In this document: one piece after another, positions 13,342 through 27,384 of the stretch
How positions within the stretch are numbered: the stretch's first letter is position 1
Layout: each line of letters begins with the position of its first letter
Assembly (NCBI GenBank): GCA_002633005.1
Contig: NMRA01000265.1
Location: forward strand, 1 to 64,000
Origin: Phoronis australis
Taxonomy: Eukaryota; Animalia; Phoronida
Length of the DNA: 64,000 bases
Direction of reading: 5' to 3'
Made by a program: the position numbers and the translations under genes
The notes under the pieces: model-generated
Told to the model about the DNA's origin: nothing
The model's database searches: none
The model's input: only the letters and a program-made list of their open reading frames with translations

Positions 13342-13786
13342 TGATCTCAGGGACCCCCAATTGTAGAGAAGTGGATGAAGAGTCCTGCTATTGTCACTTT
13401 GTCGAAGATTTGTTCATTCAAAATAATGCCAGACTACATTAGCTTTTGATTTATTTAATTTTAAACTTGTTGTTTATGATTTGTTACCAAGAATTTGTTG
13501 ATTCATATTAGTGTGTAAAATGTACGGTTCAATTGAGTGTTTGAGCTGTTTTTGGATTTCCATGGGCATAGCTACATTTCCATCAAGGCGTATCAACTGC
13601 AGTGATGGCAAATTAATACATTAGCTACCTCAGGGATGAAACTAACCAACTTCGACAAGCTCAGCCATGCATCCTATCAGGACAATTTGTGACTACTGGC
13701 AAATTATGTGTTTTCAAATCAAAATTTTCAGTTGTTTACTCATCTATCTGGTTCATCAAACTTTCTGGATATAGTAAATTACTGGC

Positions 13787-13860
13787 CACGATACAAGTCA
13801 CTGGTACCCCATGATACGAGTCACGGGTCCCACATGATACGAGTCACTGGTCTCATATGG
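13787..13860. repeat. Short tandem repeat, about 23 bp x3
   Basis: CATGATACGAGTCACTGGT core repeated three times with variants. Confidence 0.7.
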
Positions 13861-14361
13861 TCTACTCTCATTGCTTCCTGAAAGTCTTCCATTGTCTCGT
13901 TGGACGCATCACTTTTAACACCTAATGCCGGTTAGCAACTTCCATAAAAGCCACTTATTGCAGTGTTGAGGCATGGCACAAAAGATAGTGTTTTAACACT
14001 TAAAAGTGCAATGTAAAACATCTATGGACTCGGTGAGGAAAAACTTTTACAGATTATCTTTGTGAATACCTATTTGTTGTTTGTTCGATGTACGTTTTCA
14101 TAGCCTGAAGAACACAAGGACATATTTATGTGTTAAGGATGTATTGAGACTGAGCAAATAATGCAGCATCTGTTAGGAAGCATGTTCAAACAACATGTCA
14201 GGAGTTTTTGTGAAGACCTTGAAGTCTTGTTGTGTTTTTGCATTTACGGTATTGAAGCTACGCCCTTGGTAAGATCCTCTTTAACCAAAGAACTGAATGT
14301 TTCTTAACGTATTCAATCAATACAGATGTATCGGAAACGACCCATTTTTTACGCAAAGTTC

Positions 14362-14471
14362 GGTAATAGTTGGATATAGTGTGCCCGTATTTGAAGAACC
14401 AATTTTCTCAATTGAATAACAGGCATCAAACTGGTTCTCAAAATGCGGGCAAACTATATCCAACTATTGCC
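14362..14471. repeat. Fold-back (hairpin) MITE-like repeat
   Basis: GGTAATAGTTGGATATAGTGTGCCCGTATTTGAAGAACCA pairs with TGGTTCTCAAAATGCGGGCAAACTATATCCAACTATTGCC. A related half copy lies near 49870-49900. Confidence 0.7.
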
Positions 14472-15064
14472 CAAAATTTTTTTATAGTGACACCCTGTTC
14501 ACCAATACAACTGGCAATTAACATACAAGAACGGCCTCCTAAATTTTAAACTTTGTCGCTAAATACCATGTGCTATATAGCTACTACACTGCACAGCTGA
14601 TGGTCACTTTTTTCTAGTCTTTGTATTGATTGCTACTTAACAAGCAGCCAATGTTATAGCTTATAAACACAAAGTTCTTTAATACACAACAGGTCCAGAG
14701 TGAACAAGATAAAACAAATTCGATGATTAAGTCACACAATCTTTTGTTCAACACTGTAAGTGGTGGCCATGTTGATGTGCCATGAGGCTCTCTAGTCCTG
14801 CATTCACTAAACAGCACCAAACAAGATCAAATCTCCGGATATAATAGTGTCCTAAGCACAGTCTCATGGCCACCTCAGCATAGTGAGATCACCTGGCCTA
14901 CATCATGACAAGTCTTCATCATCAAAAAGATCGTCGAAATCTGTGGAGGAAGAAATTCGTGGAGAGTTATGTGTGTTTCCCAACACTAGAATTCAGTAAT
15001 TATTCACAGATGTCGTTATAACTAAAAGACTGATAGAGAATACAACAAACATATCGTAATGGTT

Positions 15065-15410
15065 TTTACACAATATGGCATGAAAAGTATTTATTTTGTC
15101 AAAAATTTCAAGAAAAACGAGTTTTTAGTCTGTTGTTAGCTGGATTAGTACTGTTTTGACATTGAGAAGAACTATTTGGTAAAGTTTCCTTATATTCAAA
15201 CAAAAATTTGAAGCATTTGAAAAATCAAAAAATGACAATTTTTGCCATTTTTTTGATTTTTCAAATGCTCACTGTATTGCCAAAATGTTCAAGATTTCAT
15301 CCAGTGTTTGTTGAAGACATCCATAGTGTATGAAATTTAAAGTAATTTTGTAAGTAAAATTGTTGAAAATCTTGATGAAATAAAATTTTACTGTTCCTCT
15401 ACAATGTGTT
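15065..15410. repeat. Degenerate long inverted repeat (old MITE)
   Basis: Central near-perfect palindrome AGCATTTGAAAAATCAAAAAATG...CATTTTTTTGATTTTTCAAATGCT (about 15212-15268), with weaker complementarity extending outward. Confidence 0.55.
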
Positions 15411-16195
15411 CTAATTTAAAGGAACTATACCATAATTGGCATTTGAACTACTATTTGGCAATTGTTCTGAGTTCAGTAAGTTGAGAATTACCCGTCAGTA
15501 ACTTTGGAAACCGTCTTGAACAGTTTTGGTGTGTCTATCGACACCATTGTTTATAAAAACCAATTGGACATGTGACCATTACCCTGTCTTACATTAAAGT
15601 GAGCACACAGTTAAGTTGCTGGCCATCACAGCCAGGGTTAGGTTTGAGGCTTCAAGTTAACTTGTAACAAAATTTGACTATCTTCTTGTTATTTTCCAGT
15701 TATTATGAAATTGAACTAATGATTGTGACACGCAATTCACTTGATGTTAGCTATACACTAACAAACACTGAAGTCCAGTAGATCCACCCCCAAACCTTTT
15801 GTAATTCATTTCAAATTTTTGTGACTCAAGAAAACTTAGTCGGGACTTAATTCACTATAACTTGACCTGTACCGCGGCCTTGTGTACTTAGATATCAGAA
15901 CCAGTGATCTAGATTCTTTTGTGTGGAGCTGGGCAGTCCCCACATAATCATATTTCAGGCCAGTAAAATAATGGTGTGAATTAAATTAAACTACCATGGA
16001 CTAAAACTGGTGATTTTTCAATCTAACTTCTGAAATTGAATTCCCCATGAAAAGTTAAGTTAGGTTTATTTTCATTTCTTGAAGCAATACGATATGATAA
16101 ATATTAAGCCAAAAATTATGCCAACGTTTCTGTTTTGTTGCAGCATACACAATTAGTTTTACAATTTGTGAGCTCTAACAAGCGCTCGTGAGAAA

Positions 16196-18472
16196 GCTTC
16201 ACAATATACTAAGTTGTTATCTGATCTTGGAAACTGCTTTCATCTGGAGTTGAAACTGGAAATGACATTCAAAGGTACTTTGAATTCAGAAGTCTAGCCA
16301 GATGCCTCAGTTTTCACAGTATATTTTCAAATAATATGTGTTATAATACGAGTAAAAAACTTAAGGGGCATCACTAACAAAACCTCACACTTATTTTTTT
16401 CAAACAAAAAATCATACCATGGAAAAAATCAGCATGCACAGATTTCTCATTAGCACCAAGATCCATCAAGAGAGCACTTGATCATCCTGTCTGAAACAAA
16501 GAATATTGAAATTAACAGACAAAGACACAAAGGCATAAATTATTGCTAGTTGGTGTTATGGTCCACCTTGTTGGTTGGAGTTATAAGGTACACATTATTA
16601 GTTAGAATTATGGTACATTATTAGTAGAGTTACGGTGCAAGCTGTTATTTGTGAGTTATGGTGTACATTGTTAGTTGGGATTAAATGGTACATATTGTTA
16701 GTTTGAAATATGGTACATAAAGATAGATTTATGAAAATAGCTGTGGAATGCACTGTTAGTTTGAAATATGAAACACAGAGTGTAAATAAGGCACGCACAC
16801 ATGTCATAACAAATTATCAAAACTGATTTCAATTTATTACAGTTTTTTATTATTTTAATACCAGCAAACCGAATTTCCGAACAAATTTTGCTGCTGCTAC
16901 AAAGCTGCCATCATGTTCTGAAAGATGTTGCAAACAGTTAGGAAATTGCATGCCACAAGTATGTTGTTTTCAAAATGATGATACGTTTTTTTTTCAAGCA
17001 GTTTATCCCATTCAATCCGCCATCTTTTTGGTCGTATCACGTGAACTAATGAATACTTATAAGTCCGAAAAGATTTCTGGCTCCGACCGGGACTCGAATC
17101 CAGGACCCACCGCTCACCGTGCTCACTACACGGTGAGTGAAAGATTCTGGGTTCGAGTCCCAGTCTGGGGCAGAAATCTTTTCGGACTTATATTCATTAG
17201 GTCACGTGATGTGACCAAAAAGATGGCAAATTGAACGGGATAAATTGCTTGCAACAAATTCCACACCTCACTGAATAAGACATACTTATACACACTTTTC
17301 TTTGTACATTACAAGAGGTGGAGAATTATGCAANGCTTCACAATATACTAAGTTGTTATCTGATCTTGGAAACTGCTTTCATCTGGAGTTGAAACTGGAA
17401 TTGACATTCAAAGGTACTTTGAATTCAGAAGTCTAGCCAGATGCCTCAGTTTTCACAGTACATTTTCAAATAATATGTGTTATAATACGAATAAAAAATT
17501 TAAGGGGCATCACTAACAAAACCTCACACTTATTTTTTTCAAACAAAAAATCATACCATGGAAAAAATCAGCATGCACAGATTTCTCACTAGCACCAAGA
17601 TCCATCAAGAGAGCACTTGATCCTCCTGTCTGAAACAAAGAATATTGAAATTAACAGACAAAGACACAAAGGCATAAATTATTGCTAGTTGGTGTTATGG
17701 TCCACCTTGTTGGTTGGAGTTATAAGGTACACATTGTTAGTTAGAATTATGGTACATTATTAGTAGAGTTACGGTGCAAGCTGTTATTTGTGATCTATGG
17801 TGTACATTGTTAGTTGGGATTAAATGGTACATATTGTTAGTTTGAAATATGGTACACAAAGATAGATTTATGAAAATAGCTGTGGAATGCACTGTTAGTT
17901 TGAAATATGAAACACAGAGTGTAAATAAGGCACGCACACATGTCATAATAAATTATCAAAACTGATTTCAATTTATTACAGTTTTTTATTATTTTAATAC
18001 CAGCAAACCGAATTTCCGAACAAATTTTGCTGCTGCTACAAAGCTGCCATCATGTTCTGAAAGATGTTACAAACAGTTAGGAAATTGCATGCCACAAGTA
18101 TGTTGTTTTCAAAATGATGATACGTTTTTTTTGCAAGCAGTTTATCCCATTCAATCCGCCATCTTTTTGGTCGTATCACGTGAACTAATGAATACTTATA
18201 AGTCCGAAAAGATTTCTGGCTCCGACCGGGACTCGAATCCAGGACCCACCGCTCACCGTGCTCACTACACGGTGAGTGAAAGATTCTGGGTTCGAGTCCC
18301 AGTCTGGGGCAGAAATCTTTTCGGACTTATATTCATTAGGTCACGTGATGTGACCAAAAAGATGGCAAATTGAACGGGATAAATTGCTTGCAACAAATTC
18401 CACACCTCACTGAATAAGACATACTTATACACACTTTTCTTTGTACATTACAAGAGGTGGAGAATTATGCAA
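16196..18472. repeat. 1138-bp direct duplication joined by a single N (probable haplotype-overlap assembly artefact)
   Basis: 16196-17333 matches 17335-18472 with only scattered substitutions. The junction base 17334 is N. Confidence 0.9.
16995..17251. mobile_element. About 260-bp fully palindromic MITE-like element with tRNA B-box-like arms (second copy about 18131-18393)
   Basis: CAAGCAGTTTATCCCATTCAAT..ATAAGTCCGAAAAGATTTCTG..GGGACTCGAATCCAG pairs with CTGGGTTCGAGTCCC..CAGAAATCTTTTCGGACTTAT..ATTGAACGGGATAAATTGCTTG. Confidence 0.75.
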
Positions 18473-18737
18473 GTAAATGACGTTTACTAGATTGTTTTTT
18501 ACTAAAACAGTTGCAACATGCAAGGTGAGTGCCCTTTGACTCCCAGATTTTGCATGCATCTCCGCCAGTCGTTATCACTACATGTTGATATAAGTTTCAC
18601 GACGACGTGACACGCAAAACTACCCAAGCGGTGTGAAATTTTGAGGTCTATTGCAACTGGACACACAGTGGTACCTAACAGTATTTTGAGGATAGTCTTT
18701 ATACATCTAGCTGACTGGCTAAACACACAGTGGTACC

Positions 18738-18866
18738 CAGGGGCGGACCCAGGATTTCGAGTTGGGGAGGGGGCCAAGGCAGAGTATTAGCCAGGATTTT
18801 TCCCTTCAGACATTCGCACCCCCAAAGTGCCAAACGGAATATGGGAGAATTTTAAATCCGCCACTG
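18738..18866. mobile_element. Short hAT-type MITE (CAGKGGCGGA termini); relatives at about 1-55, 23909-24105, 60838-60980, 62172-62461
   Basis: Starts CAGGGGCGGACCCAGG and ends AAATCCGCCACTG. The internal segment GGCAGAGTATTAGCCA is shared with the copies near 24000 (reverse) and 60875. Confidence 0.65.
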
Positions 18867-21800
18867 CTACTGGTACCTGGCTGTAATTTGACGATAGTCT
18901 TCATACAGCTAGCTGGCTGACTATAAATGGTATAATGTAGTATTGTAAAGGGGTGGAGGTTGAAGAGACTGGAACTTTATCCAAAATGTGGCAAGTCACG
19001 TGATTTTCAATCTTAACAATAATAGGCAAACTGAAGTCTGCACACATGCAGAGAGCATTCACCTATTAGGTGAAATTTGAGGTAACAAAAACACCCAAAG
19101 TGTTCTGGTTACCTTTGGAAGTTAATGTTTTCAATACATGCTCGAACTTTATGGCCAATCATTCTCCACTAAGTTTGATAATCACGCAGGTTAAATTCAC
19201 CTCCAATGAGAAATTTGAGGCCCCGAATATACCCAAGGTGATCTGAATGGCTTAGGACCCTTAAGTTGTGTTGGGTCCCACCTCAAAAAGGGAAATGGGG
19301 AAGAACAAATTAGTATGTCAACGAGGTGAAGGGTGTGACTTGAGAATCGTGGCTACCTGGAGGGTCGAAACTTGTGGTGTTCTAGGGAGTGAATACTGTG
19401 TAGGAAAGATGACGGTGCGAGGAATCGAACGATACCAAAATCATATGTCTAAGTCATTGTCGTCATATTGTAAACAATTACCACGACAATATCTTATTTC
19501 ATACTTTGTGATAATTTTTATTCACATTTATTACGTTTTTGAGTGATTTTTTGCCGATTGTAGTGAGCGACTTTAACACGGTGACAGATTCGCGAAGCGA
19601 TTCGCTAAAGCATGCCGTCCTCGCTACCTATGGTCCGAGTTATAGAAGAAAAAAAACTCTTAATGCCGTTTAAGCCGGTTTTTTGGTGTGACTTTCAACT
19701 TGTGCAAACATTTCGAAAAAATCGTAAATACTACAAACGAATGGAATGTTTACAAAGAATTTAATATCCGGGATGCTCTAATAGACGTAAACATTACATT
19801 ACACAGATCTAGAGGTCAGCAGAATTTATACAAATGGTGGAGACTAGAAGGTCTATGTAGTGTACGTCCGAAGGCGAGATTCAGAAAAAGACGTGTTAGC
19901 CAATACAAAAAGCGGCATTAGCAACAAACCGTCGTGTACTTGTAAGCGACTCATTCGATAGGTTAGAAACAATGAGGACAAGACTGAATGTTCGAATTCG
20001 TGAAGGTTTTACAATTACAACAATGCCAGGCTTTCGATGGACTGGTATAAGTCAGTAAGTGTGCTGTTTGGGAAATGTTCAATGACTCGTATACACGGTT
20101 AGAGCATTCACCGATGATGGGTAACTGATCTCAGTCAGCATACATCGGACCCGAATCATTTTGAAGAGCCTCAATTCAATCAGCTGTTCAGTTTTTGTTC
20201 CGGCTAATACTACTAGTAGTAGTACTGATTCACGCTGACCCGGACTAGTTACACCATGTTAGTGTTTTAACATGTAGTTAAAACTGCTAAGGCCCTTTCA
20301 TTCTAACGTCAACATGGCGATGTTTTGGGGAATTGCAGTCAGCCGGTATGGAGGGTTAACTTCGGTCCGGAATCGAAGTTAACTGTGCCAGTTGACTTCA
20401 CAGTAGATGCTGTGGTGTACGGTAGTATGAATGATCAACTTCGGTTACATCGAAGAAGTTATTGTCAGGTGCCACTGTTATCATCAACAATTACAGGGTA
20501 GTGTCGTCGCTAAAAGCTGCTCATATTTTGCTCGAATAGTCACTAATCGAATTAGAAATAGGTTTTTGTGTCAATTAGCACATGTCAATGTTCCCAAATT
20601 ATCACATTAAAAAATTCTGGTGTACAAGTGTTGCATCTGCTCTACATTGCGATTACTTCGATGTCAACATCGTCAGCTACAGTTTATTTAGACATCCAAA
20701 GCCGGTATAAATGGTTCAATTAACGGTGCATGTCGACGCTCTGCTCAGACCAAAATTAAGTACAAAAGGGCTTTTAGATCGATTTCAACTAGCAAAACAA
20801 TTTAACAGGTGGTGTAAAGAATTGTGGCGGGGGNAGGGACTTCACCTGGCCATGCCAATAGCTTTATTAGAAAGCTCATATCAGTGTTGGTCGTACTGAG
20901 TACAGTGGGGGGAGTCTTGGTCAAGATGACTATACTTGACAATGTCTTATTAGTTTTGTTTTATTTTTTTCCAGGAGAATACTGGCCAGCTACAGGGGCC
21001 CCTGTAACCGTAAGTTGATCTTTCTTATTCCATTAAGTTTTAAAAGAAAGAATAGGTGCGCTAAACTTATTCAGTTATCGATGGCCACCTTTCTCTGTAT
21101 TTCCATCTTAGACTGTGCAGGTAAGGAGAAAATGGTTACTTGCAATCTGCATGGTCCAGGCACATTACTTGAACTCACAACCTCAAAAAATTATCCAGTC
21201 AAATCACGTGATTGGAGTGCAAATCTTATGTTTGCTCATGTCATGGAATTGCTCAATTTTCGAGTTGTGTATCGAATACAGAGATTAGACGTTGGATTCT
21301 ACCGTAAGCCGGTATTTTCATCAATTATAAGTCTCTTACGTCGCTGTTAGTTTAGAATAATGCTGTCTCAGCTACAAATTTTGCCTTCTGGTAATGAAAT
21401 CAAAGTTGTTTTAAGCATAAAGGTGTGACAAATTGACTGAAAGTACATTCTTAAATCTTGTGATTGCTCCTGGTAAAATGACTCCAATTGCATTTAAATC
21501 CTTCTTCATCATCTGTACTTTCAGAATGAGTGGTTTAGACAACGTCCTCTACAAACTTCTTTGCAAGAATCCCAGACTGGTCACCACCTGAAGAAACCTT
21601 GAGGTATTGTTTCATGCATTTCCTTAATATGTCATGGAGTGACATTTCACATTTTATTCAACTCACAACTCACAATCCTAACCAAAGATTTCACTGTTTT
21701 GTTTACAGTATTGTAAACATGCCTTGTTTAAAGCATGTTCAATTTCTATTCAGGGATTCACCCAGGATTTCGAAAATAGGGTGTCCAAAATGGGGTTCCC

Positions 21801-22397
21801 AATATTTCGGAGTGTCCTTGATTCTGACGACGCATTACCCCTACCACCGTGCAGTGCACCAGCAACCCCCCACACTGATTTTTTTACAAAAATACGTACG
21901 TCAAAGCGTTTACATCTGCGTTTTCAAAATAACCCCCTGTAGCGAGCTGTTTTTACTAAAAAACTGCTTGGACTTAGACTTTTACACCTTAACTTATGAA
22001 TACAGCCAAGCAGCTTACCAGACAAATATTAGAGATATTTTTAAAGGATAAGTGAACTTCGCAGATGATGGTGTCACTGCTGTTCCATATTAAAACATGA
22101 AAGTGCACATTGAAATGCACGAAACAGTGTTTCATTTGAGTTATTTATATTAAGTTTGTGTAAACCGTACTTCAGTGTGATGTTTTTATTCTAATGTATC
22201 AGTGCTTTGGAGGATGTCCAGTTGAGCAAAGAACATTTGTAATGTAACTAATTTGCATGTGACAATTTTCAACTCGCTTACAACTGTAGTATAAATGCAA
22301 GCTTACTCCAGCTGCTGGTTGAAATTCTGTGCATCATGTTTGGTGTGGGGAGCAATAACGATTTCTAAAAACCTTATTTTGAAAATTTGCCCTTTTA

Positions 22398-25300
22398 CGA
22401 TTCCATCTGTCGATTCGATGTCACTGTTTCAGATTCATATATACACGTCTGAGTTTTCAGTGTAGAGACCTCAGAATAAATTTTAAACTGAATTTCTTCT
22501 TGCAAATGCCACTGTTGTCATCTTGCAGGGATTCAGAGCTGTTGTTCACCCTTGTCCTTATCTTCTTTGTCACCTGCATCCTCACAATCTGAATCAAAGG
22601 TTTGTGTCTGCTCTTGCAAAGACTCTATGCTCTATTGGAATTTAAAGTAGATATAGGCATGCCTTTTATGTCACGAAAACCAACTGTTCATTTAGACCAT
22701 GTAACATTAGTATGATATTGATCTCGAATTGTTCCTTGATAAAAATTGGTGTAAATTTTGGGCTTGAAAATCTCCAGCAATTTGTTTCTACTTGAGAGTT
22801 TCTTTAGGTTGACGTGTCACAGCCATTTCATTCACATGACATGGTCACAACCATAATGAACTGACAGTTCTTTGCAAGACCAAAACTTATTTCTCATCTG
22901 AATGAGGAAAGTGGTTAAAATCAAAAGTTAAGTTGCGCAGATAACAGGGTTTATAGTCGCAGAAAATTTTCTGTGAAAATGCAGCTCTATTTTCTCTCAA
23001 TGTAGGTTTCTGACATAACCATGTTGCCATGAGTTCAATTTCTTGTCTTAGAACTCTAGGATCCACTTAAGCCATAAAAACGGTTTGCAATGGCCATCAA
23101 AAGTTATAATGCGATGAAGCTTGAGTATTGTTATTGTTGGTGAAGTGGTGATGCACATTACGATGAACCTTTAAAAAATGGTAATCACATAAAATGCCAA
23201 TCTGAACAGTACATAGATAACATTAATCAATACATTCCACAGGATACACATTTTCGCAAAAGTGTGAGTGTACCTGAAATTGAAACTTCAGTGTTCTACC
23301 TGTTTCCAGACTAATTAAGTTTAGTTCCTGTGTTAACGTGCCAATATTGATGCTAGAAATTTGTAACAGCTGACATTCAAGGAGGATAGATGATTTTTCG
23401 AAGCACTCTTTAGGTCCTCTGCCACGTAAACTGATGGATTGTGTTCTTGATAAAGTGAGTCTGCAAGGGCCTAGTCGCACACTCGAAATTCCAAGAAAGG
23501 GTACATTAGTTAAAAGCAAGCACTGTCATTAACCTTCCCCTGTCCCTAGCCCTATATTTACCCAATCTAGACCATACCACTGATAATACAAGATGTAACC
23601 TGCTCGACCTTTATTATTGCTCCTACTGATCTGCCTTTGGCTTGCGTTTGAGGAGGTCCCATGCATAGTATATTGTCCTGTAATGATGTGACCACTTACA
23701 GTGTCCTGCAATTTGAGAACCAGATTTCTTCACTGAATAACAGGCATCAAATTTGTTCATTCTTATTCCCAACCATGGTTTTGTACGATCTCACTTTTCT
23801 CGCAACAAGCTTCAGCCTACCGGCACTTCCCAAGTTTGCTTGCATTCAATCCGAGGCTTCATCGCTGATCCAGTGGTTTGTGTTCAAGTGGACTAGCTAG
23901 CTGACTAGTCAGTGGTGGATTTAGAGGGGGGCTATGGCCTCCCTAAAATTCTCCCAGCTCCCATTTGGCAGTTCGGGGGTGTTGGCGAACAAAATCCTGG
24001 CTAATACTCTGCCCTGTTCCTCCAACTCAAAATCCTGGATCTGCCCCAGGGGCGGGCGGATCCAGGATTTTGAGTTAGGAGGGGGGGCAGGGCACAGGAA
24101 TAACCACGCAGTGTTGGCTTACGTAGTAAATGGTTTTCCGAGGAATTTTGATTTAGGGGAGACCACTCTTCAATTTGCCGATAGCTAGCGAGAAAAACGA
24201 AGATAGACCTGTAGACTCATTAATATGCTGAATATTGGAGAGATTGGTGAAAATTTTTCGATGTCCATTGAAGTTTGAAGTTTGCCCATGTTAATGGTTC
24301 ATGTCCGTAAGGCAATATTTGAGTGCAAATCCATTTTCAATTCAAATCTGTGGAGAGCATAATCCAGTTCCCTTGTTTGGCGATAGCGGAGGTCACGAAC
24401 AGTGTGACCTCGGCTAGATATCACAAAATTAATGCTGCTTTCGAACGAATTTTCAGAAAAATCTGTGTCCAACGGGGTGTCGAAAACGGGTTAGCGGCCA
24501 TAAGTGTAAAATGCAGTCACTTACAGTTTCTTAATCTGTAGTACGATTTTCGATCTCTAATAAGGACGATTTAGCTCGGAATGTAAATAGTCATCCCACT
24601 TGTTTTGTAACAAGCAGTTGGTCATGTATTCTATTTTACTAAAAAATTTGACTTCGAACATTAATGTACTGAGAGCACTTCATGAGACGTAGCTAGGTTA
24701 AAGTTGTTTTAACCGTAAATTGCTGTTTTCTTAAATTCATGCTGTGTTTGAAGGTATCACTTTTAAAAAAACAGGGCTCATACCCATAGACAGATCCGTA
24801 GCTAATAGGATATGTCAAGATGATAGGGGCCCAGACATCAATTTTCAACGGACATTCATGATAGCTTTGCAAAGGGGGTGACGTCATTTTTCGAAAGACA
24901 AACCCTAGCTCGTGAGAGCCCCAAAAATGACATATCGGCGCCATTTTATATCATTCGTGTGCGGAAGGGAGCCCTGGGCTCCTTGGACCCCCAAATCCAC
25001 CTATGCCGCGTGCAGTTTCATAGACAGATCCATGGGGTTCAAGCGGCTGCAGACCCCTGTTGTTCCCTTCCAAGTCCAAAATAGGGTCTGAGTCCCCTCG
25101 TCTCCCCTGAATTCGTCTGTGTATGATTTCATCTGCCGATTCAATGTCACTGTTTCAGATTCATATATACAAGTCTTGAGTTTTCAGTAAAGAGCTCTCA
25201 GAATGACATTTAAACTGAATGTCTTCTTACAAATGTCAGTATTGTCATCTTATTCTTATTCTGTGTCACTTGTATCCTCATCATCTGCTTCAAAGGTTTC

Positions 25301-25810
25301 TGTCCGGAAAACCGTCCACCTTTTCGTCTAGGCCATTTGTCATTAGTATGAAATTGATCTCAAATTGTCCCTTGATAAAAATAGACCTGAACTCTGGGCT
25401 TAAAAATTTGCTACTACTTGAGACAGTCACTATAGGTTGACTTGTCCTTTCATTCAACTAACAAGGTCTCAACCATAACGAACTGACAGTTCTTTGCAAG
25501 ACCAAAATTATTTCTCGTCTGAATAGGGAAAGGCCGAAATCAATCTTATACTGGTAAGTGGGCTAAATGAAAAAAACGTTGCATGGATAGAACAGGGTTT
25601 TATAGCCTCAGTAATTGTTTTGCGAGCAATGTAACTCTATTGCTGTCTCTCAATGTTCGTTTCTTATTGTTTTCTGATAGACGGTGGTAGTATGAACCTT
25701 GTTTCTAGATTGATAAATCAGTTATGTGGTAGCTTTACATTCATGCAACGGCTGCTAAGTAGCACTTGGCACATAACCACGTTTGCCATGGGTTCAATTC
25801 ATCTAAAGTT
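22398..25810. repeat. Diverged direct duplication (about 22398-23040 versus 25122-25810)
   Basis: Shared blocks in the same order: ATGTCACTGTTTCAGATTCATATA, CCTTGATAAAAAT, GAACTGACAGTTCTTTGCAAGACCAAAA, GACATAACCA-like. Confidence 0.7.
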
Positions 25811-26133
25811 ACGATGTGATGAAGATTCATACCAAGATTCAATTGGCAACTTGTGCATTAGATATTGAATCATCTTAAACTAAGAACCTCTCACTCAGAG
25901 TGTTGACCCTAGTATTCACTCTGTGTTATGGGTAGGGTTGATGACTGCTCCCCACATACCAACGCCGTTATTACTTGTAACCAATGGTGGTTGTCTTTGC
26001 ACTGTATCTTTGGTCTTAGTGTTTCAGTGCTCAATCATATTCTAACTTTTCACAATCCTTTACACGTACAGACTACACTGGTACTTCAATGAGAAATCCA
26101 AGAATTAAGTATACAGTCAATGACTAAGAAAGG

Positions 26134-27380
26134 TCTATACTCCATCGCCACTGGCGTCCATCATTACCAGATGCTTGAGAGAAGAATAAGGCGTGCACAA
26201 AATTGACACATGACTTCCAGGCGCCACCTTGTCCGTTGCATTGAGATCAATAGTCTTGCAACGGCAACAAATGTTGACTGATCTATCAAGAGAAACTATC
26301 ACTGCTGCAGTGAACACTTAACACTTACTATCTTTAAAGTTACTTTTGCACAGTAGCTTGACGTGTATATGAATGTAGTCAATACAACAAGACATGACAA
26401 TATTTTTCATCATATTCGTTGACCGTACAGTATATAAGTCTGACATTTCGCTTTAATATAAGTAAACCAAAAAATCTTGATCACTGTTTGCCTGCATCCG
26501 ACTCCAAAAACAATAGATAAAGAAGATGAATACACACACAAACGTCCGCACACACATACAACACACTTATGCGCGCATCTTTCTAGGCTTGCCATCAGAA
26601 TTAGATCCCTTGCGTACTTAAGAAAGCAAAAGAGTCATAGAGGACCATCTAATGTTGAATTTTTTTCATATTCACAATTTCTCAAATATAGACATATTTA
26701 CGTTTGAATATACTTATAAACACCTCTTTCTTGAACATTTCAATTGATGGAGAAGCGTATCTGAGTCTTTGGCTGTAGATGTGATATTTTCCCAGACAGA
26801 TGAGAAAAATAATTGTATCAGAGTTTTGTAATTTGCAAAAGAAAACCCCTTTATATGAGAGAATAACTAAAGATTGTAGTTTAACAAATGACTAATGGCT
26901 GATTGAAGACCGGAAATTATTGGTCCCAAAACAATTCCAGTACAAAAGGGTCATATTTTCTGGCTCTTTTTACACAGTATAGAGAGAACTGATTGCTTGA
27001 TACCAGTCTTGACAAGAAATGCATTTGTTGCCGCAATTCTATGAAAGAATCTTACAGATAAGTTACTACTAGTGATCTAAAATTTTCTGACGTAGTTTGC
27101 GTTTCGATTTTAGCGATATTCCTTGACGTATCTCTCTAGTAATGTCCCGCTCAGGTGATTCTATTTTCCCGATGTATGGCGCCACTATCGTCGGCATTTT
27201 GCTTCGTGAGGAGTATTTTCGCTCGTAGGTTGACTGATAGAACCAATTACGCGTTGTGTGCGTGGTCAAAGTAGCCTTTGTTTAGGTAGTGACTAGTTTT
27301 TATTATTTTCAGATTTTTACCATCAACAAATACAGAGACTACATGCTAATACGTTTTGCTTTCAAGAGACAATGCAATTA
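26134..27380. repeat. Local segmental duplication: 3' flank of PHYHIP-like copy 1 is paralogous to 31329-31705 plus about 32830-33575 (3' flank of copy 2)
   Basis: Colinear near-identical blocks such as CACTGGCGTCCATCATT, AGATGCTTGAGAGAAGAATAAGGCGTGCACAAA, CAGAATTAGATCCCTTG, GCTCGTAGGTTGACTGATAGA and GCTTTCAAGAGACA. Confidence 0.9.
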
Positions 27381-27384
27381 TTGT

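Noticed and set aside
17060-17190. tRNA gene
   Set aside because: Only B-box-like arms within a palindrome; no complete cloverleaf.
16598-18373. Duplicated small ORF pairs (69 aa and 94 aa)
   Set aside because: They arise from the artefact-like duplication and a palindromic repeat; no coding signal.
19390-21600. Possible additional transposon or gene
   Set aside because: No paired termini, TSD or recognisable peptide could be established by eye.
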